Origin: a virus
Taxonomy: Duplodnaviria > Caudoviricetes
Direction: 5' to 3' (one strand)
Virus record (IMG/VR): IMGVR_UViG_3300020045_000643
Span: 1 to 63,686 of that record
Length of the DNA: 63,686 bases
Shown one piece after another: positions 17,673-28,185 of the stretch (within the stretch, counting starts at the first letter, position 1; every line of letters begins with the position of its first letter). The notes beneath the pieces are model-generated. The model saw nothing but the letters and a program-made list of their open reading frames with translations, made no database searches and was not told the origin of the DNA. The position numbers and the translations under genes were made by a program.

Positions 17673-18788
17673 ATGGCAGGTACTAACTTTGCAACTGGCG
17701 GTCCAAAAGCCGCCGCACGTAGCGCATCAGCTACAGGTAACGCAGTCAACGCAGGTGAACGCGAAGACTTGGCTAACTTCATCTCAATGATTAGCCGTGA
17801 CGAAACTCCTTTCTTGTCTTCAATCGGTAAGACCAAGGCAACAGCCGTTTTCCACGAATGGCAAACTGACGAATTGGCCGCTCCTGCTTCTGCAGCTGTT
17901 GCCGAAGGTGTCTCTTACTCTACTCAGAACGCTGCTCAAGGCGCTGAACCTTTCCGTACTCGTTTGGGTAACTACACTCAGATCAACAGCAAGACTGTTA
18001 CCGTAACTGGTACTAAGCGTGCTGTCGATCAAGCTGGTGTTGCTGACGAATACGCATACCAGCTCAAGAAGCGTGGTACTGAATTGCGCCGTGACGTTGA
18101 GTTTGACTTGGTCAACTCATGGAACAGCTCAAACGGTTCAGGCACCCGTAAATTCGGTGGCTACCAAGCTTGGGTTAACTACACTGCTGCTAGCACAACT
18201 CCTGCTACCGCTTTGAACGTATTGACTACTGGCGCTGAGTACACTGCACCTACCAACATGGGTGGTGGTATCGCTGGTACTTTCACTACTGTTACTTCTG
18301 CTGATAAAAACAGCTTACAGTTGTCACACGTTGACACCGTAATGCAAGCTATCTACGAAAACGGTGGTAAGGCTACTAAGTTGATGTTGTCTCCAGCTAA
18401 CCGCCGTGTATTCTCAGCTAAGGCTCAGTCTGCTGGTTCTAGCTCAAGCAACGCTGGCGACGGTAACGTTCGTCGTAACATCGATGCTGACGGTAAACTC
18501 CGTCAATCAGTCGAGATCTACATGTCTGACTTCGGCGACATCATGGTTGTTCCTAACTACGTAATGGGTATTTCTAATACTTCCGTTTCTGGTCTCGACC
18601 AAGCCGCTAACTTCAGCGCGTTCTTGTACGACCCAATGTGGTTCAGCTACGCTTCTCTACGTCCTCTACAAGAAGTTGACCTCGGTCAGCTTGGTGACTC
18701 TATCATCGGCCAGATCGTTGAAGAGGGTACCTTGGAGTGCCGTAATCCAAAAGGCGCTGGCTTGATCTTCGGTTTGTCAGGTGCTTAA
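17673..18788 (+). CDS. Major capsid protein (SU10/DUF5309-like)
   Basis: REDL...I..IS..ETPF.S.IG...A....HEWQTDEL and NYTQI..K...VTGT; strongly biased codon usage. Confidence 0.92.
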   Translation: MAGTNFATGGPKAAARSASATGNAVNAGEREDLANFISMISRDETPFLSSIGKTKATAVFHEWQTDELAAPASAAVAEGVSYSTQNAAQGAEPFRTRLGNYTQINSKTVTVTGTKRAVDQAGVADEYAYQLKKRGTELRRDVEFDLVNSWNSSNGSGTRKFGGYQAWVNYTAASTTPATALNVLTTGAEYTAPTNMGGGIAGTFTTVTSADKNSLQLSHVDTVMQAIYENGGKATKLMLSPANRRVFSAKAQSAGSSSSNAGDGNVRRNIDADGKLRQSVEIYMSDFGDIMVVPNYVMGISNTSVSGLDQAANFSAFLYDPMWFSYASLRPLQEVDLGQLGDSIIGQIVEEGTLECRNPKGAGLIFGLSGA

Positions 18789-18798
18789 TTGACCAATT

Positions 18799-18830
18799 AA
18801 AAAGGGAGGGGAGAAATCCTTTCCCTTTTT
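18799..18830 (+). terminator. Intrinsic terminator after MCP
   Basis: aaaaagggagggga-gaaa-tcctttcccttttt. Confidence 0.8.
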
Positions 18831-18847
18831 ATTTCAAAGGAATAAGA

Positions 18848-19135
18848 ATGGAATTTTTAAGAATTACGGCTTCTGATGGTACTCGTAAATATGTACCTGA
18901 TAATTATGTAGCCCAAATTTCTACTGCTGCAGATACAGCGGATGCTGGCTCTAACTATGCTGCTCCTAAAGTAATCCGTGGTAGAATCACTGGCGTAAAG
19001 TACTATGATGGCCTTGTATCCACAGTGGGTGCTTTGGTGGTTGATACTGTTAGCGCATATGCTGCTGGCGGTACATTATATGAATACGGTTGTTTTACCG
19101 TTGATGGTGCTTTCGTAGCAACTATGCGTAACTAA
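18848..19135 (+). CDS. Virion-module hypothetical protein
   Basis: ORF with AAGGA RBS. Confidence 0.65.
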   Translation: MEFLRITASDGTRKYVPDNYVAQISTAADTADAGSNYAAPKVIRGRITGVKYYDGLVSTVGALVVDTVSAYAAGGTLYEYGCFTVDGAFVATMRN

Positions 19136-19150
19136 ACAAAAGAGGACACA

Positions 19151-19474
19151 ATGGGGTTTCTATCACAAGAAGATAACAAAAATAGTTTCACAGTTAAGGC
19201 TGATGAAAAAGATTTTAAACTAGAACAAAACGTTCAAGCATACAAAGACTATGCTGCCCTTTCCCGTGAGCAAGATACATTTGCTGCTAACGGAAGAACA
19301 TACCGCTCATTCGCTATCATCCCAGATATCGTAGCTATTGATATGTTAACTAAATTTGGTTTAGACATTCATGCACCAGACTTCATGCATGACCCTCTTA
19401 ACCTACGTAAATTAAAGAAACTAATTGACACGGAATACCCGGCGCTCAAGACAAGTAATGTAAGAGCCTTATAA
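19151..19474 (+). CDS. Virion-module hypothetical protein
   Basis: FAIIPDIV......KFGLDI pattern; GAGGA RBS. Confidence 0.7.
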   Translation: MGFLSQEDNKNSFTVKADEKDFKLEQNVQAYKDYAALSREQDTFAANGRTYRSFAIIPDIVAIDMLTKFGLDIHAPDFMHDPLNLRKLKKLIDTEYPALKTSNVRAL

Positions 19475-19486
19475 GGAGAATAACAT

Positions 19487-20398
19487 ATGGCAACCCCTAA
19501 ATTTGACGCACTAGTTGCGAAAGTAAGAGACTGGTCAAATAAACCCGAAGTACAAACTATTCCCGACAGCGTCATTCAGGATTGCCTATCTTATTCTGGT
19601 GATGAATGCTACAGACAATTAAAGATTCCTCCACTTGAAACTACTGTAACATACACTGTTACTGCAGACGATAACATTGGTGAGAATAGCTTAGGTCTAC
19701 CTTATGGTAATGCCTACACTTCATTTGCTGTACCTGAAGACTTAACTCAGTTTGTGTTCCTTAGAACATTAGCTCAAGAAAATGCTGGTACTTCTTACTC
19801 AACATTCCCATCTAACGTCAGTAAAGTATTCAACGAGATTACTGATAGACGTACCTTCTTTGACCTTTATGGTGAAAAGTATTCAGTGTATAACTGGATG
19901 TGGATGGACAACAAGATTTATATTCACCCACAGTTAGCTGTCGGGGCTACCGTTCAGATCAGCTATTACCGTAGACTTCCTGCATTGAACGCTTTGTATA
20001 GCGTTATTCCAATTAACTACTTGATTGGTCTAGCGGATGCTAACCAACCTTATTTATCACTAGTAGTTTCTGGTGGTACTAACCTTTACTTCTCTACTTC
20101 TGCAGGTGTAACTAAGTGTTTTGCAACTTACGCAGAAGCTGAAGCTTATAACGCTACCGTTACTACTAAGATGTATACAGGTAACGAAGTACCTAACTGG
20201 TTACGAGATAGTAATGAAAGACTGTTGTTATGGGGTGCTCTCAAAGAATTAGGTGCATACCTATTTGACACAGCAATGGAACAACGCTACGAAAAGCGTA
20301 TGGCAGAAACTATTGCATCTATGAATAAAGAAGAGAAGTGGCGTAGATCACTCGGTGGTAACGTTCAGACTAACTTTAACACTAACGGTTTGATTTAA
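19487..20398 (+). CDS. Head-tail adaptor protein
   Basis: L...VRDWSN N-terminus, YYRRLPAL, NWL......LLLWGAL.E...YL C-terminus. Confidence 0.7.
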   Translation: MATPKFDALVAKVRDWSNKPEVQTIPDSVIQDCLSYSGDECYRQLKIPPLETTVTYTVTADDNIGENSLGLPYGNAYTSFAVPEDLTQFVFLRTLAQENAGTSYSTFPSNVSKVFNEITDRRTFFDLYGEKYSVYNWMWMDNKIYIHPQLAVGATVQISYYRRLPALNALYSVIPINYLIGLADANQPYLSLVVSGGTNLYFSTSAGVTKCFATYAEAEAYNATVTTKMYTGNEVPNWLRDSNERLLLWGALKELGAYLFDTAMEQRYEKRMAETIASMNKEEKWRRSLGGNVQTNFNTNGLI

Positions 20399-20408
20399 GG
20401 AGATCTGA

Positions 20409-22124
20409 ATGGGATATGAACTAAAACCCGGTACAACTAGCAGCATTGCTGCAGGTGGCCAGTATGACGATTTATCAAGCACATCAACACAAACGTATGC
20501 TGTGCTTGGTGCTGAAGCTGTTGCGGCTGCTGCCCTTAGTGCGGCTGCTGCATTAGCATCTCAAAATGCTGCTGCTGCAAGTGCCACTGCTGCTGCAACC
20601 TCAGCAACTAATTCTGCTTCAAGCGCATCTGCTGCTGCTACTAGCGCAACTAATGCAAGCACATCAGCTACTAATGCTGCAGCTAGTGCGACTACAGCAA
20701 CTACCCAAGCGGGTATCGCAACTACACAAGCAACTAATGCAGCAACTAGCGCAACATCTGCTGCTAACTCTGCTACAAGTGCTTCAACAAGTGCTACTAC
20801 AGCAACTACTCAAGCGGGTATTGCTACTACACAAGCTAGTAATGCTGCCGCTTCAGCTACTGCTGCAGCTGCAACTCTAGTTGCTGTTAACCAAGTATTT
20901 GATAACTTTGATGATATCTACTTAGGTGCTAAAGCAAGTGATCCAACAGTTGACAATGATGGTAACCCTCTTGTTGCTGGTCAAATGTACTGGAACACCA
21001 CTGAACAAGAAATTAGATTTTATAACGGTGCAGTTTGGGAACGCCCAGAATACTCTGCATCCCAGTCAGCTTTAGCCGCCGCTGCTTCTGCCGCACAAGC
21101 CGCTACTAGTGCTACTAGCGCTGCAACATCTGCAACTAATGCTGCCACTAGTGAAACTAACGCCGCTAACTCAGCAACAAGTGCATCTACCAGCGCATCT
21201 ACAGCAACTACTCAAGCAGGTATTGCTACTACACAAGCTAACAACGCCGCATCAAGCGCAACATCTGCAGCTACTAGTGCTACTAATGCTGCATCAAGCG
21301 CGACATCTGCAGCTAACTCCGCAAGCGATGCTGCTGACTCTGCCGCTGAAGCTGCTGCAACATTAGCTTCTAAAGCAAATAATGGCGCTAACACTGATAT
21401 TACTTCTTTAGGTGGTATTACTGGTGGTATTAGTACAGTTGACTTTGTTCAGTTTGATACTACACCAGAGACAGTACCCACTGCACCTGGCTCGTTATAT
21501 TGGGACTCAGCTGACGGTAATCAGACACTAGCCTTAGTTATGGCTGATGGTACAGCTACACAACAAATTGGCGAAGAGACTTACTATCGAGTAAAGGCTT
21601 CTTCAGCTATTACTAACGGTCAAGTTGTAATGTTTACAGGTACCGTTGGTGCCTCAGGCGCGTTAACCGCAGCTCCAGCAACTGGTCTAACAGCTGATAC
21701 AGCTTCATATGTCATGGGTATTGCTACTCAAGATATTGCATTAAACGGTTGGGGTTATATTACTTATTTTGGTTTAGTAAGAGGATTAAACACTTCAGCA
21801 TTTGCCGATGGTACTATTCTTTACTATGACCCTTCTGTAGCTGGTGGTTTGACTTCAACAGTCCCAATGGCACCTAGTGCTAAGATACAAGTATGTGCTG
21901 TTGTAAACTCTCATGCATCAAATGGATCATTGTTTGTAAGACCAGCTTTCGGTGGTACCCTTGGACAATATGAAGGTGACGTTGCTATTACAACACCTGC
22001 AACAAATAACTTCTTAGTATACAATACAAATAAGTGGGTTAACCAAACACCAGCCCAAGCACGAACTTCAATGGACGTAGACCAAGCAGGTACTGCAGTA
22101 GCTCTTGCAATTGCCCTCGGATAA
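20409..22124 (+). CDS. Tail fibre protein with Ala/Ser/Thr-rich repeats
   Basis: Two A/S/T-rich coiled-coil blocks flanking FDDIYLGAKASDPTVDNDG; C-terminal AVALAIALG. Confidence 0.75.
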   Translation: MGYELKPGTTSSIAAGGQYDDLSSTSTQTYAVLGAEAVAAAALSAAAALASQNAAAASATAAATSATNSASSASAAATSATNASTSATNAAASATTATTQAGIATTQATNAATSATSAANSATSASTSATTATTQAGIATTQASNAAASATAAAATLVAVNQVFDNFDDIYLGAKASDPTVDNDGNPLVAGQMYWNTTEQEIRFYNGAVWERPEYSASQSALAAAASAAQAATSATSAATSATNAATSETNAANSATSASTSASTATTQAGIATTQANNAASSATSAATSATNAASSATSAANSASDAADSAAEAAATLASKANNGANTDITSLGGITGGISTVDFVQFDTTPETVPTAPGSLYWDSADGNQTLALVMADGTATQQIGEETYYRVKASSAITNGQVVMFTGTVGASGALTAAPATGLTADTASYVMGIATQDIALNGWGYITYFGLVRGLNTSAFADGTILYYDPSVAGGLTSTVPMAPSAKIQVCAVVNSHASNGSLFVRPAFGGTLGQYEGDVAITTPATNNFLVYNTNKWVNQTPAQARTSMDVDQAGTAVALAIALG

Positions 22125-22137
22125 TAAAGGAAAATAA

Positions 22138-22464
22138 ATGGCAAATACATTTACATCTTACGGTAACAAGTCCGTAGGTACATCGGCTGCAACAGTCGTA
22201 ACAATTGGAGCATCTACTCAAACAACCGTTATTGGTATGTCATGTGCAAACACCTCTGTAGCACCTGTTACAGTAGACGCTTACTTTACACGTTCTGCAG
22301 TAGACTACTACTTAGTTAAGGGTGCATTAGTACCTGTAGGTTCAGCTATTGTTCTTGTTGGTGGTGATCAAAAGGTAGTGTTAACTACTGGTGACGTACT
22401 CAAGGTAGTCTCATCTGCAGCATCTTCTATTGACGTAGTCACATCAGTACTCAATATTACTTAA
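22138..22464 (+). CDS. Tail-associated small beta-rich protein
   Basis: MANTF...KVVLTTGDVL.V.S pattern common after AIALG-ending fibres. Confidence 0.65.
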   Translation: MANTFTSYGNKSVGTSAATVVTIGASTQTTVIGMSCANTSVAPVTVDAYFTRSAVDYYLVKGALVPVGSAIVLVGGDQKVVLTTGDVLKVVSSAASSIDVVTSVLNIT

Positions 22465-22473
22465 GGAGAGTCT

Positions 22474-23856
22474 ATGTCTTATATTGGCAATACTCCAGAA
22501 CAACAATCGTTCACTCCACAGGTAGACTATTTCAACGGTAACAACTCAACGACCTCATTTACACTTTCACGAAATGTAGCTTCAGTAGCTCAAGTAGAAG
22601 CTGTTATTGAGAACGTTGTTCAGAACCCTACAGATGCATATACGGTAAACGGTAACACTATTACGTTCACTTCAGCACCTCCAAGTGGTACTAACAATAT
22701 CTATGTAAGATATACTTCTCCTATTACTAACGTAATGGTACCTTCAGCTAGTTCTGTTAACACTAACGAGTTAGCTAACCGAAGTGTAACCTCTGCTAAG
22801 ATGGCTAATAGTGGTTATGAATATGGTATGCGTAACCGTATTATTAATGGCGATATGAAGATTGACCAGCGTAATGCAGGGGCTAGTGTTACATCTGCGG
22901 ATTCTGCATATTCCTTAGACCGTTGGAAAATGGCAGCTAGTCCAGCGGCTAAATACACCGCACAGCAAAATGCAGGGTCGGTTACACCCCCAGTTGGTTT
23001 TGTTAATTATCTAGGTGTCACTTCAAGCTCTTCATACTCCGTTGGTGCTAGTGACTATCAAGGTATTCAACATCGAATTGAAGGCTTTAACGTAGCTGAC
23101 TTAGGATGGGGAACGGTAAACGCAGCACCCATTACGATTTCGTTCTGGGTTCGTAGTTCGTTGACGGGAACTTTTGGTGGGTCTTTGTATAACGCAAATG
23201 CAAACCGCTCTTACCCGTTTACGTTCTCAATCAGTGCATCAAACACTTGGGAACAGAAAACACTTACCGTTGCTGGCGACACAAGCGGTACATGGTTAAT
23301 GGGTACAAATGCTGGTCTAACCATTACATTTGGTATTGGTGTAGGTTCTACATACAGCGGAACTGCTGGCGCATGGGCTGGTGCTTTGTACTTCTCAGCC
23401 ACAGGTGCAACAAGCGTAGTTGGCACATCTGGAGCCACTTTCTACATCACAGGCGTTCAACTAGAAAAAGGCACTCAAGCAACTCCTTTTGAGTATCGTC
23501 CATATGGTACTGAGCTGGCTTTGTGTCAGAGGTATTGCTACGTAATGCGAAGCAGTGACGCATATACACGCTTTGCACCTGGATATAACTCATCCATTAC
23601 ACAATTGGTAACAACAATCCCGTTCAAGCAAACAATGCGCGTGCAGCCAAGCTTAACTTGGAACGGTACGTTTAACGATACCGTTACAGGTGCTGGCCTC
23701 GGCACAGTAGCTACAATGACAACTGATGGAAATTCATACGACCACGCCTCTATGCTTTTCAACTACTCGTCGGGGGTCGTTACCATAAACGCGGCAGGGG
23801 CTTGTCGAATTAACGGGAATGCCAGTTGGTATGCACAATTCAATTCGGAGCTTTAA
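22474..23856 (+). CDS. Tail fibre / receptor-binding protein 1
   Basis: MSYIGN start; RNRIINGDM.IDQRN...GVQLEKG...YGTELALCQRY domain followed by a variable tip. Confidence 0.75.
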   Translation: MSYIGNTPEQQSFTPQVDYFNGNNSTTSFTLSRNVASVAQVEAVIENVVQNPTDAYTVNGNTITFTSAPPSGTNNIYVRYTSPITNVMVPSASSVNTNELANRSVTSAKMANSGYEYGMRNRIINGDMKIDQRNAGASVTSADSAYSLDRWKMAASPAAKYTAQQNAGSVTPPVGFVNYLGVTSSSSYSVGASDYQGIQHRIEGFNVADLGWGTVNAAPITISFWVRSSLTGTFGGSLYNANANRSYPFTFSISASNTWEQKTLTVAGDTSGTWLMGTNAGLTITFGIGVGSTYSGTAGAWAGALYFSATGATSVVGTSGATFYITGVQLEKGTQATPFEYRPYGTELALCQRYCYVMRSSDAYTRFAPGYNSSITQLVTTIPFKQTMRVQPSLTWNGTFNDTVTGAGLGTVATMTTDGNSYDHASMLFNYSSGVVTINAAGACRINGNASWYAQFNSEL

Positions 23857-23858
23857 TC

Positions 23859-24032
23859 ATGTACAAAATTCTTGGTAAAAATACACCACATCAATCTGTA
23901 TACCTCGAAAATGCAGATGGCTCAATCGTGAGCTTTCCATTCGACCCCGATAACACAGACTACCAACAATATCTCAAATGGTTATCTGAAGGTAACACCC
24001 CAGAATCCGCTGATCAACAAGGAGCACAATAA
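23859..24032 (+). CDS. Small fibre-associated (chaperone-like) protein
   Basis: DPDNTDYQQYLKWLSEGNTPE motif. Confidence 0.7.
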   Translation: MYKILGKNTPHQSVYLENADGSIVSFPFDPDNTDYQQYLKWLSEGNTPESADQQGAQ

Positions 24033-24520
24033 TGGCTATTAGTAAAATCGTATCCAACAGTATTGCTCCTTCGCAAACTCTAACTACCCCTGTAATCAGT
24101 GGTTTAATGGATCTCCAAGGAGGTCAGATTAAATTCCCTGTTGCTCAAGTTGCATCAGCTGATGGGAATACATTGGATGACTATGAGGAAGGGACTTGGA
24201 CGCCGACTTCTGGAACATCTGGTTTAACAGTTGCTTCTTTTGAATATGCTGCGTATACAAAAATTGGACGCCTAGTTACAGCGTATTGCTACATCGGTTC
24301 GTTAAATAACACTAGCGGTTCAACCATAACATCATTCCAGTTAAATGGGTTGCCGTTTACTTCACAAAATTATGGCCCGTGCTTTCAGTATTATGGTTCA
24401 ACCAACAGTACCGCTAACTTATACGTGCAAGCGAACCAGCCGTATGCGCTTATATCTCGTAATGTTACTCCGGGTGCGGGTACTAGCGCTATGTTTGCGT
24501 TCGTCTACTTTACCAATTAA
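24032..24520 (+). CDS. Tail fibre-like protein 2
   Basis: NTLDDYEEGTWTP and YTKIGRLV motifs. Confidence 0.7.
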   Translation: MAISKIVSNSIAPSQTLTTPVISGLMDLQGGQIKFPVAQVASADGNTLDDYEEGTWTPTSGTSGLTVASFEYAAYTKIGRLVTAYCYIGSLNNTSGSTITSFQLNGLPFTSQNYGPCFQYYGSTNSTANLYVQANQPYALISRNVTPGAGTSAMFAFVYFTN

Positions 24521-24530
24521 GGAACACATC

Positions 24531-24782
24531 ATGTCACTCCAAGAAACCAAAGTCGTAGACCAGATTACCGTAACAGAAAACGGCACAATACTTTACCGTG
24601 AAGCAACTCGCATTACTCGTGATAACGAACAAATTGCCCAAACATACCATCGCACTAGCCTAACTCCCGGACAAGACCTCACAGGTCAACCCGCTAACGT
24701 TACAGCTATTGCACAAGTAGTATGGACACCTGAAGTAATTGCTGCATACCAAACTCGAGTAGCTATCCAACTAGGAGAATAA
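24531..24782 (+). CDS. Small fibre-associated protein
   Basis: VVDQITV.E.G....R.AT.I......I...YHR...VWTPEVIAAY; AAGGA RBS. Confidence 0.7.
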   Translation: MSLQETKVVDQITVTENGTILYREATRITRDNEQIAQTYHRTSLTPGQDLTGQPANVTAIAQVVWTPEVIAAYQTRVAIQLGE

Positions 24783-25790
24783 ATGTCATACATCGGAAAT
24801 CAACCTACGTATGCTGCTTTTGTCACTGATCAATTCAGCGGTAACGGTGGTACTACCTTCACCATGTCGGTGGCACCTGCAAACACAGCTTCAGTACTCG
24901 TAGCGGTTTCAGGTGTACTACAAGACCCTTCCACATATTCTGTGAATGGTTCTACTCTAACATTCTCTCAGGCACCTCCTGTAGCTACTGCAAACATTTC
25001 AGTACGTTACATGGGTATTCCTGCGAGTGGTGTTACTAACACAGCATATAGAACTGTAACTGAGTTTACAGCGACTAACGCACAAACAGTCTTTAATGTG
25101 CCATCCTATACAGTAGGATTTATTAACGTATATCTTAACGGTGTTCGTTTAGGTGCTGCAGACTTTACAGCTAGTAATGGTACCTCAGTGACACTTACTG
25201 CAGGTGCTCCTACTGGTGCATTAGTTACTACAGAATCTTTCTATGTAAGCTCTGTGTTGAATGCTATCCCCGCTACGGCTGGTGCAGTTAATACTTCTTA
25301 CATTGCTGATAATGCTATTACGTCTGCAAAGATTGCTGCAGGTGCTGTTACTCAGGCTGATCTAGCGGCTAACGTTGCTGGTAATGGTCCTGCGTTTAGT
25401 GCGTATATGAACAACACTCAATCACTGTCAGTGAACACGTCTACAAAATTGCAATACAACACAAAAGAGTACGACACTTCAAGTTTTTATGACACATCAA
25501 CATACAGATTTTTACCGTTAATTGCAGGCTATTACCAGATAAATGCGGCAGCTCAAGTTGGTGGGAGCTCTACATTTATTATGTATATAACTAAAAATGG
25601 AAATTCTGTAAAAAACCAAGGGGCTTCTATAACTGGAACAAACAGTAGTTCTGTAAGTGCTACTATTTATTTAAACGGAACAACAGATTACATTGAGCTG
25701 TATGCTTATCAGTCTTCTGCTGGCAGTCTAAACGTTAATCCTGGTTCACAGTGGTCTTATTTTCAAGGCTTCTTAGCAAGGGCAGCATAA
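24783..25790 (+). CDS. Tail fibre protein 3 with C1q-like C-terminal domain
   Basis: MSYIGN start; PAFSAY...YDT.TYRF.P..AGYYQI...YLNGTTDYIELY. Confidence 0.7.
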   Translation: MSYIGNQPTYAAFVTDQFSGNGGTTFTMSVAPANTASVLVAVSGVLQDPSTYSVNGSTLTFSQAPPVATANISVRYMGIPASGVTNTAYRTVTEFTATNAQTVFNVPSYTVGFINVYLNGVRLGAADFTASNGTSVTLTAGAPTGALVTTESFYVSSVLNAIPATAGAVNTSYIADNAITSAKIAAGAVTQADLAANVAGNGPAFSAYMNNTQSLSVNTSTKLQYNTKEYDTSSFYDTSTYRFLPLIAGYYQINAAAQVGGSSTFIMYITKNGNSVKNQGASITGTNSSSVSATIYLNGTTDYIELYAYQSSAGSLNVNPGSQWSYFQGFLARAA

Positions 25791-25791
25791 T

Positions 25792-25956
25792 ATGACACTC
25801 TACGAAAAAATTAAAGCAATCTATCCAGAACTGCAAAACGCAGATTTTATGAACACTATCCGCTTACAAAACGACAGTGATGGTCGTGGTGACTATATCG
25901 CCAAGTGGGAACATCCCACGTACCCTAAGCCAACGGAGGAACAACTAAATGACTAA
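25792..25956 (+). CDS. XkdW-like small fibre-associated protein (54 aa)
   Basis: Translated by hand: IYPEL...DF...I.LQNDSDGRGDYIAKWEHP..PKPTEEQL. Confidence 0.7.
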   Translation: MTLYEKIKAIYPELQNADFMNTIRLQNDSDGRGDYIAKWEHPTYPKPTEEQLND

Positions 25957-26932
25957 TGCAGTAGCCTTAGCACAGGGTGGTTCCCTTAATACAACCATGA
26001 GGAACCGTATTATCAACGGTGATATGCGGATTGATCAGAGGAATAACGGGGCTAGTGTTACTCCTACTAACGCTCAATATGTTACTGACCGTTGGGCCTT
26101 TGCTGTAACAGCAGCATCAAAGTTTACGGCGCAGCAGGGTGCCGCCTCTAACCCACCAGGTTTCCCGTTGGCAATGTTGGTGACATCATCCTCTGCTTAT
26201 TCAATTGGTAATGGCGATATCTTTGCAATTTTTCAGCGCATTGAAGGCTTTAATACTGCTGATCTTGGATGGGGTACTGCGTCTGCTGCTCCAATTACCA
26301 TTTCGTTTTTTGTTAGAAGTTCTTTGACAGGTACTTTTGGAGGTTCTGTAGCAAATAACGGTAATACTCGTTCGTACCCATTTAGCTACACAATTAATGC
26401 AGCAAATACTTGGGAACAAAAAACTGTTACAATTGCTGGAGACACAACTGGAACGTGGCTGACGACGAACGGTGTTGGACTTAATTTGTCATTAGGTTTT
26501 GGTGTTGGCTCTACATACAGCAGCGCGGCAGGTGCATGGGCATCTGGTAATTATTGGTCATCTACCGGCGCGGTCAGTGTTGTAGGCACATCAGGGGCCA
26601 CCTTCTACGTCACTGGTGTACAACTAGAAGCAGGCACCTCAGCTACTCCGTTTGAGTTCAGACAGTATGGTACTGAGTTGGCTTTGTGTCAGAGGTATTG
26701 TGCAACGTTTGGTGGTCTTTGGAATTTGCCTTCTAATTCATATTTAACAATTAAATTACCAACAGTGATGCGAGGATCAATGTCATTTCCATCGAACACT
26801 ACTGCGTATGGACAATCCTATACACCAACTATTGTTAGCGCATCAAATACGCTAGATGGTGTTTTGGTCTATCCAAATGCGTCAAGTCCAACAATCATTG
26901 GTTTTAACGCCACAGCAACTGCGGAGCTATAA
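25949..26932 (+). CDS. Tail fibre / receptor-binding protein 4 (paralog of 22474)
   Basis: RNRIINGDMRIDQRN...YGTELALCQRY. Confidence 0.75.
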   Translation: MTNAVALAQGGSLNTTMRNRIINGDMRIDQRNNGASVTPTNAQYVTDRWAFAVTAASKFTAQQGAASNPPGFPLAMLVTSSSAYSIGNGDIFAIFQRIEGFNTADLGWGTASAAPITISFFVRSSLTGTFGGSVANNGNTRSYPFSYTINAANTWEQKTVTIAGDTTGTWLTTNGVGLNLSLGFGVGSTYSSAAGAWASGNYWSSTGAVSVVGTSGATFYVTGVQLEAGTSATPFEFRQYGTELALCQRYCATFGGLWNLPSNSYLTIKLPTVMRGSMSFPSNTTAYGQSYTPTIVSASNTLDGVLVYPNASSPTIIGFNATATAEL

Positions 26933-27103
26933 ATGACAACGTACAAAATGCAAAAAGTTTATTTAGATGGAATACCTGCGATGATTATGAGCAGTGACGG
27001 GGTGCTGTTTCCACAAGTAGAAGACAACACAGACTACCAAGCCTATTTGAAATGGCTTGCTGAAGGTAACACACCCGAACCAGCAGAGGAGACTACACAA
27101 TGA
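26933..27103 (+). CDS. Small fibre-associated (chaperone-like) protein (56 aa)
   Basis: Translated by hand: DNTDYQAYLKWLAEGNTPEPA. Confidence 0.7.
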   Translation: MTTYKMQKVYLDGIPAMIMSSDGVLFPQVEDNTDYQAYLKWLAEGNTPEPAEETTQ

Positions 27104-28185
27104 GTTTAACTACAGTTGATCCCGGGTTACTGAGTGGACAATCTCAGTATACGGGGTTTAAGAATCGTATTATTAATGGTGCAATGCAAATTGACCAGCG
27201 TAATGCAGGAGCACAGAATAATTTAAGCACTGGAAATCCCACCCCATTTGTTGCAGATAGATTTAAAACTTTCTTTTTTGGCTCGACATACTCAGGAACA
27301 ATGGCGTTATCACAAGTTGTTTCTGATGCGCCTATTGGTTTTCAAAACTCAGTAAAGTATACAGCAAATCAATCTCTTTCATTTGACTCTAATAAGCTAG
27401 GTGTATTTATGACCCAAGCAATTGAAGCAAATAATTGTTTTGATTTTTATACAAGCGGTGGTGGCATTTCTTCTATGTCAGTTTCATTCTGGGTTAAAGC
27501 CAGTAAAACTGGTACAATTTCCGTTTCTGTTGAGGCTTTAGGTGGGAGTTCAACTGCTAGCTATTTAACCTTTGTTTCAATTACTGCAACAAATACTTGG
27601 GAATACAAAACAGTAAATATCCCTGAGAATTCATTTGGAGGAAGTGGTCTTTTACTCGGTAATTCTGCAGGGTTACTGCTAAATATTGGCTTGGCTTCAA
27701 ACGGTTCTTGGCTTGCGTCTAGTAATACTGGATGGAAAGACTCAGCAAACCGCGCTGTATTTATTTCAACACAAACTAATTTTTTATCTTCTACAAACGA
27801 TACAATTCAAATCACAGGCGTTCAACTAGAAAAAGGGACTACGTCAACATCGTTTGACTACCGCCCGTATGGTACTGAGTTGGCCTTGTGTCAGAGGTAT
27901 TTTGAGCGCGGTAACCCAAAGGTTTTCGTGACCGGTACCTACGCCTTGGGCTCGTACACAAATACTGGAACTGGCATTTACTCATTCAAACAAGTCAAGC
28001 GAGCTAGCCCAACCATGACGATGAACAGTTTTAATAATATCGACAATGCAAGCAATGCAGGCATCTATGCAACAGGTGGTCAAGACTCTGGTGACTCGTT
28101 CTGTTTTACGTTGACTATCAACAGCTACACAAATTACCCGTACGCCGTGGCGTATATAAACTTTAGCGCAAGTTCGGAGCTATAA
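27100..28185 (+). CDS. Tail fibre / receptor-binding protein 5 (paralog)
   Basis: KNRIINGAMQIDQRN...YGTELALCQRY. Confidence 0.75.
   Translation: MSLTTVDPGLLSGQSQYTGFKNRIINGAMQIDQRNAGAQNNLSTGNPTPFVADRFKTFFFGSTYSGTMALSQVVSDAPIGFQNSVKYTANQSLSFDSNKLGVFMTQAIEANNCFDFYTSGGGISSMSVSFWVKASKTGTISVSVEALGGSSTASYLTFVSITATNTWEYKTVNIPENSFGGSGLLLGNSAGLLLNIGLASNGSWLASSNTGWKDSANRAVFISTQTNFLSSTNDTIQITGVQLEKGTTSTSFDYRPYGTELALCQRYFERGNPKVFVTGTYALGSYTNTGTGIYSFKQVKRASPTMTMNSFNNIDNASNAGIYATGGQDSGDSFCFTLTINSYTNYPYAVAYINFSASSEL

Noticed and set aside
20560-21360. Repetitive DNA as a CRISPR array or non-coding repeat
   Set aside because: The repeats are in-frame Ala/Ser/Thr coding repeats without a repeat-spacer structure
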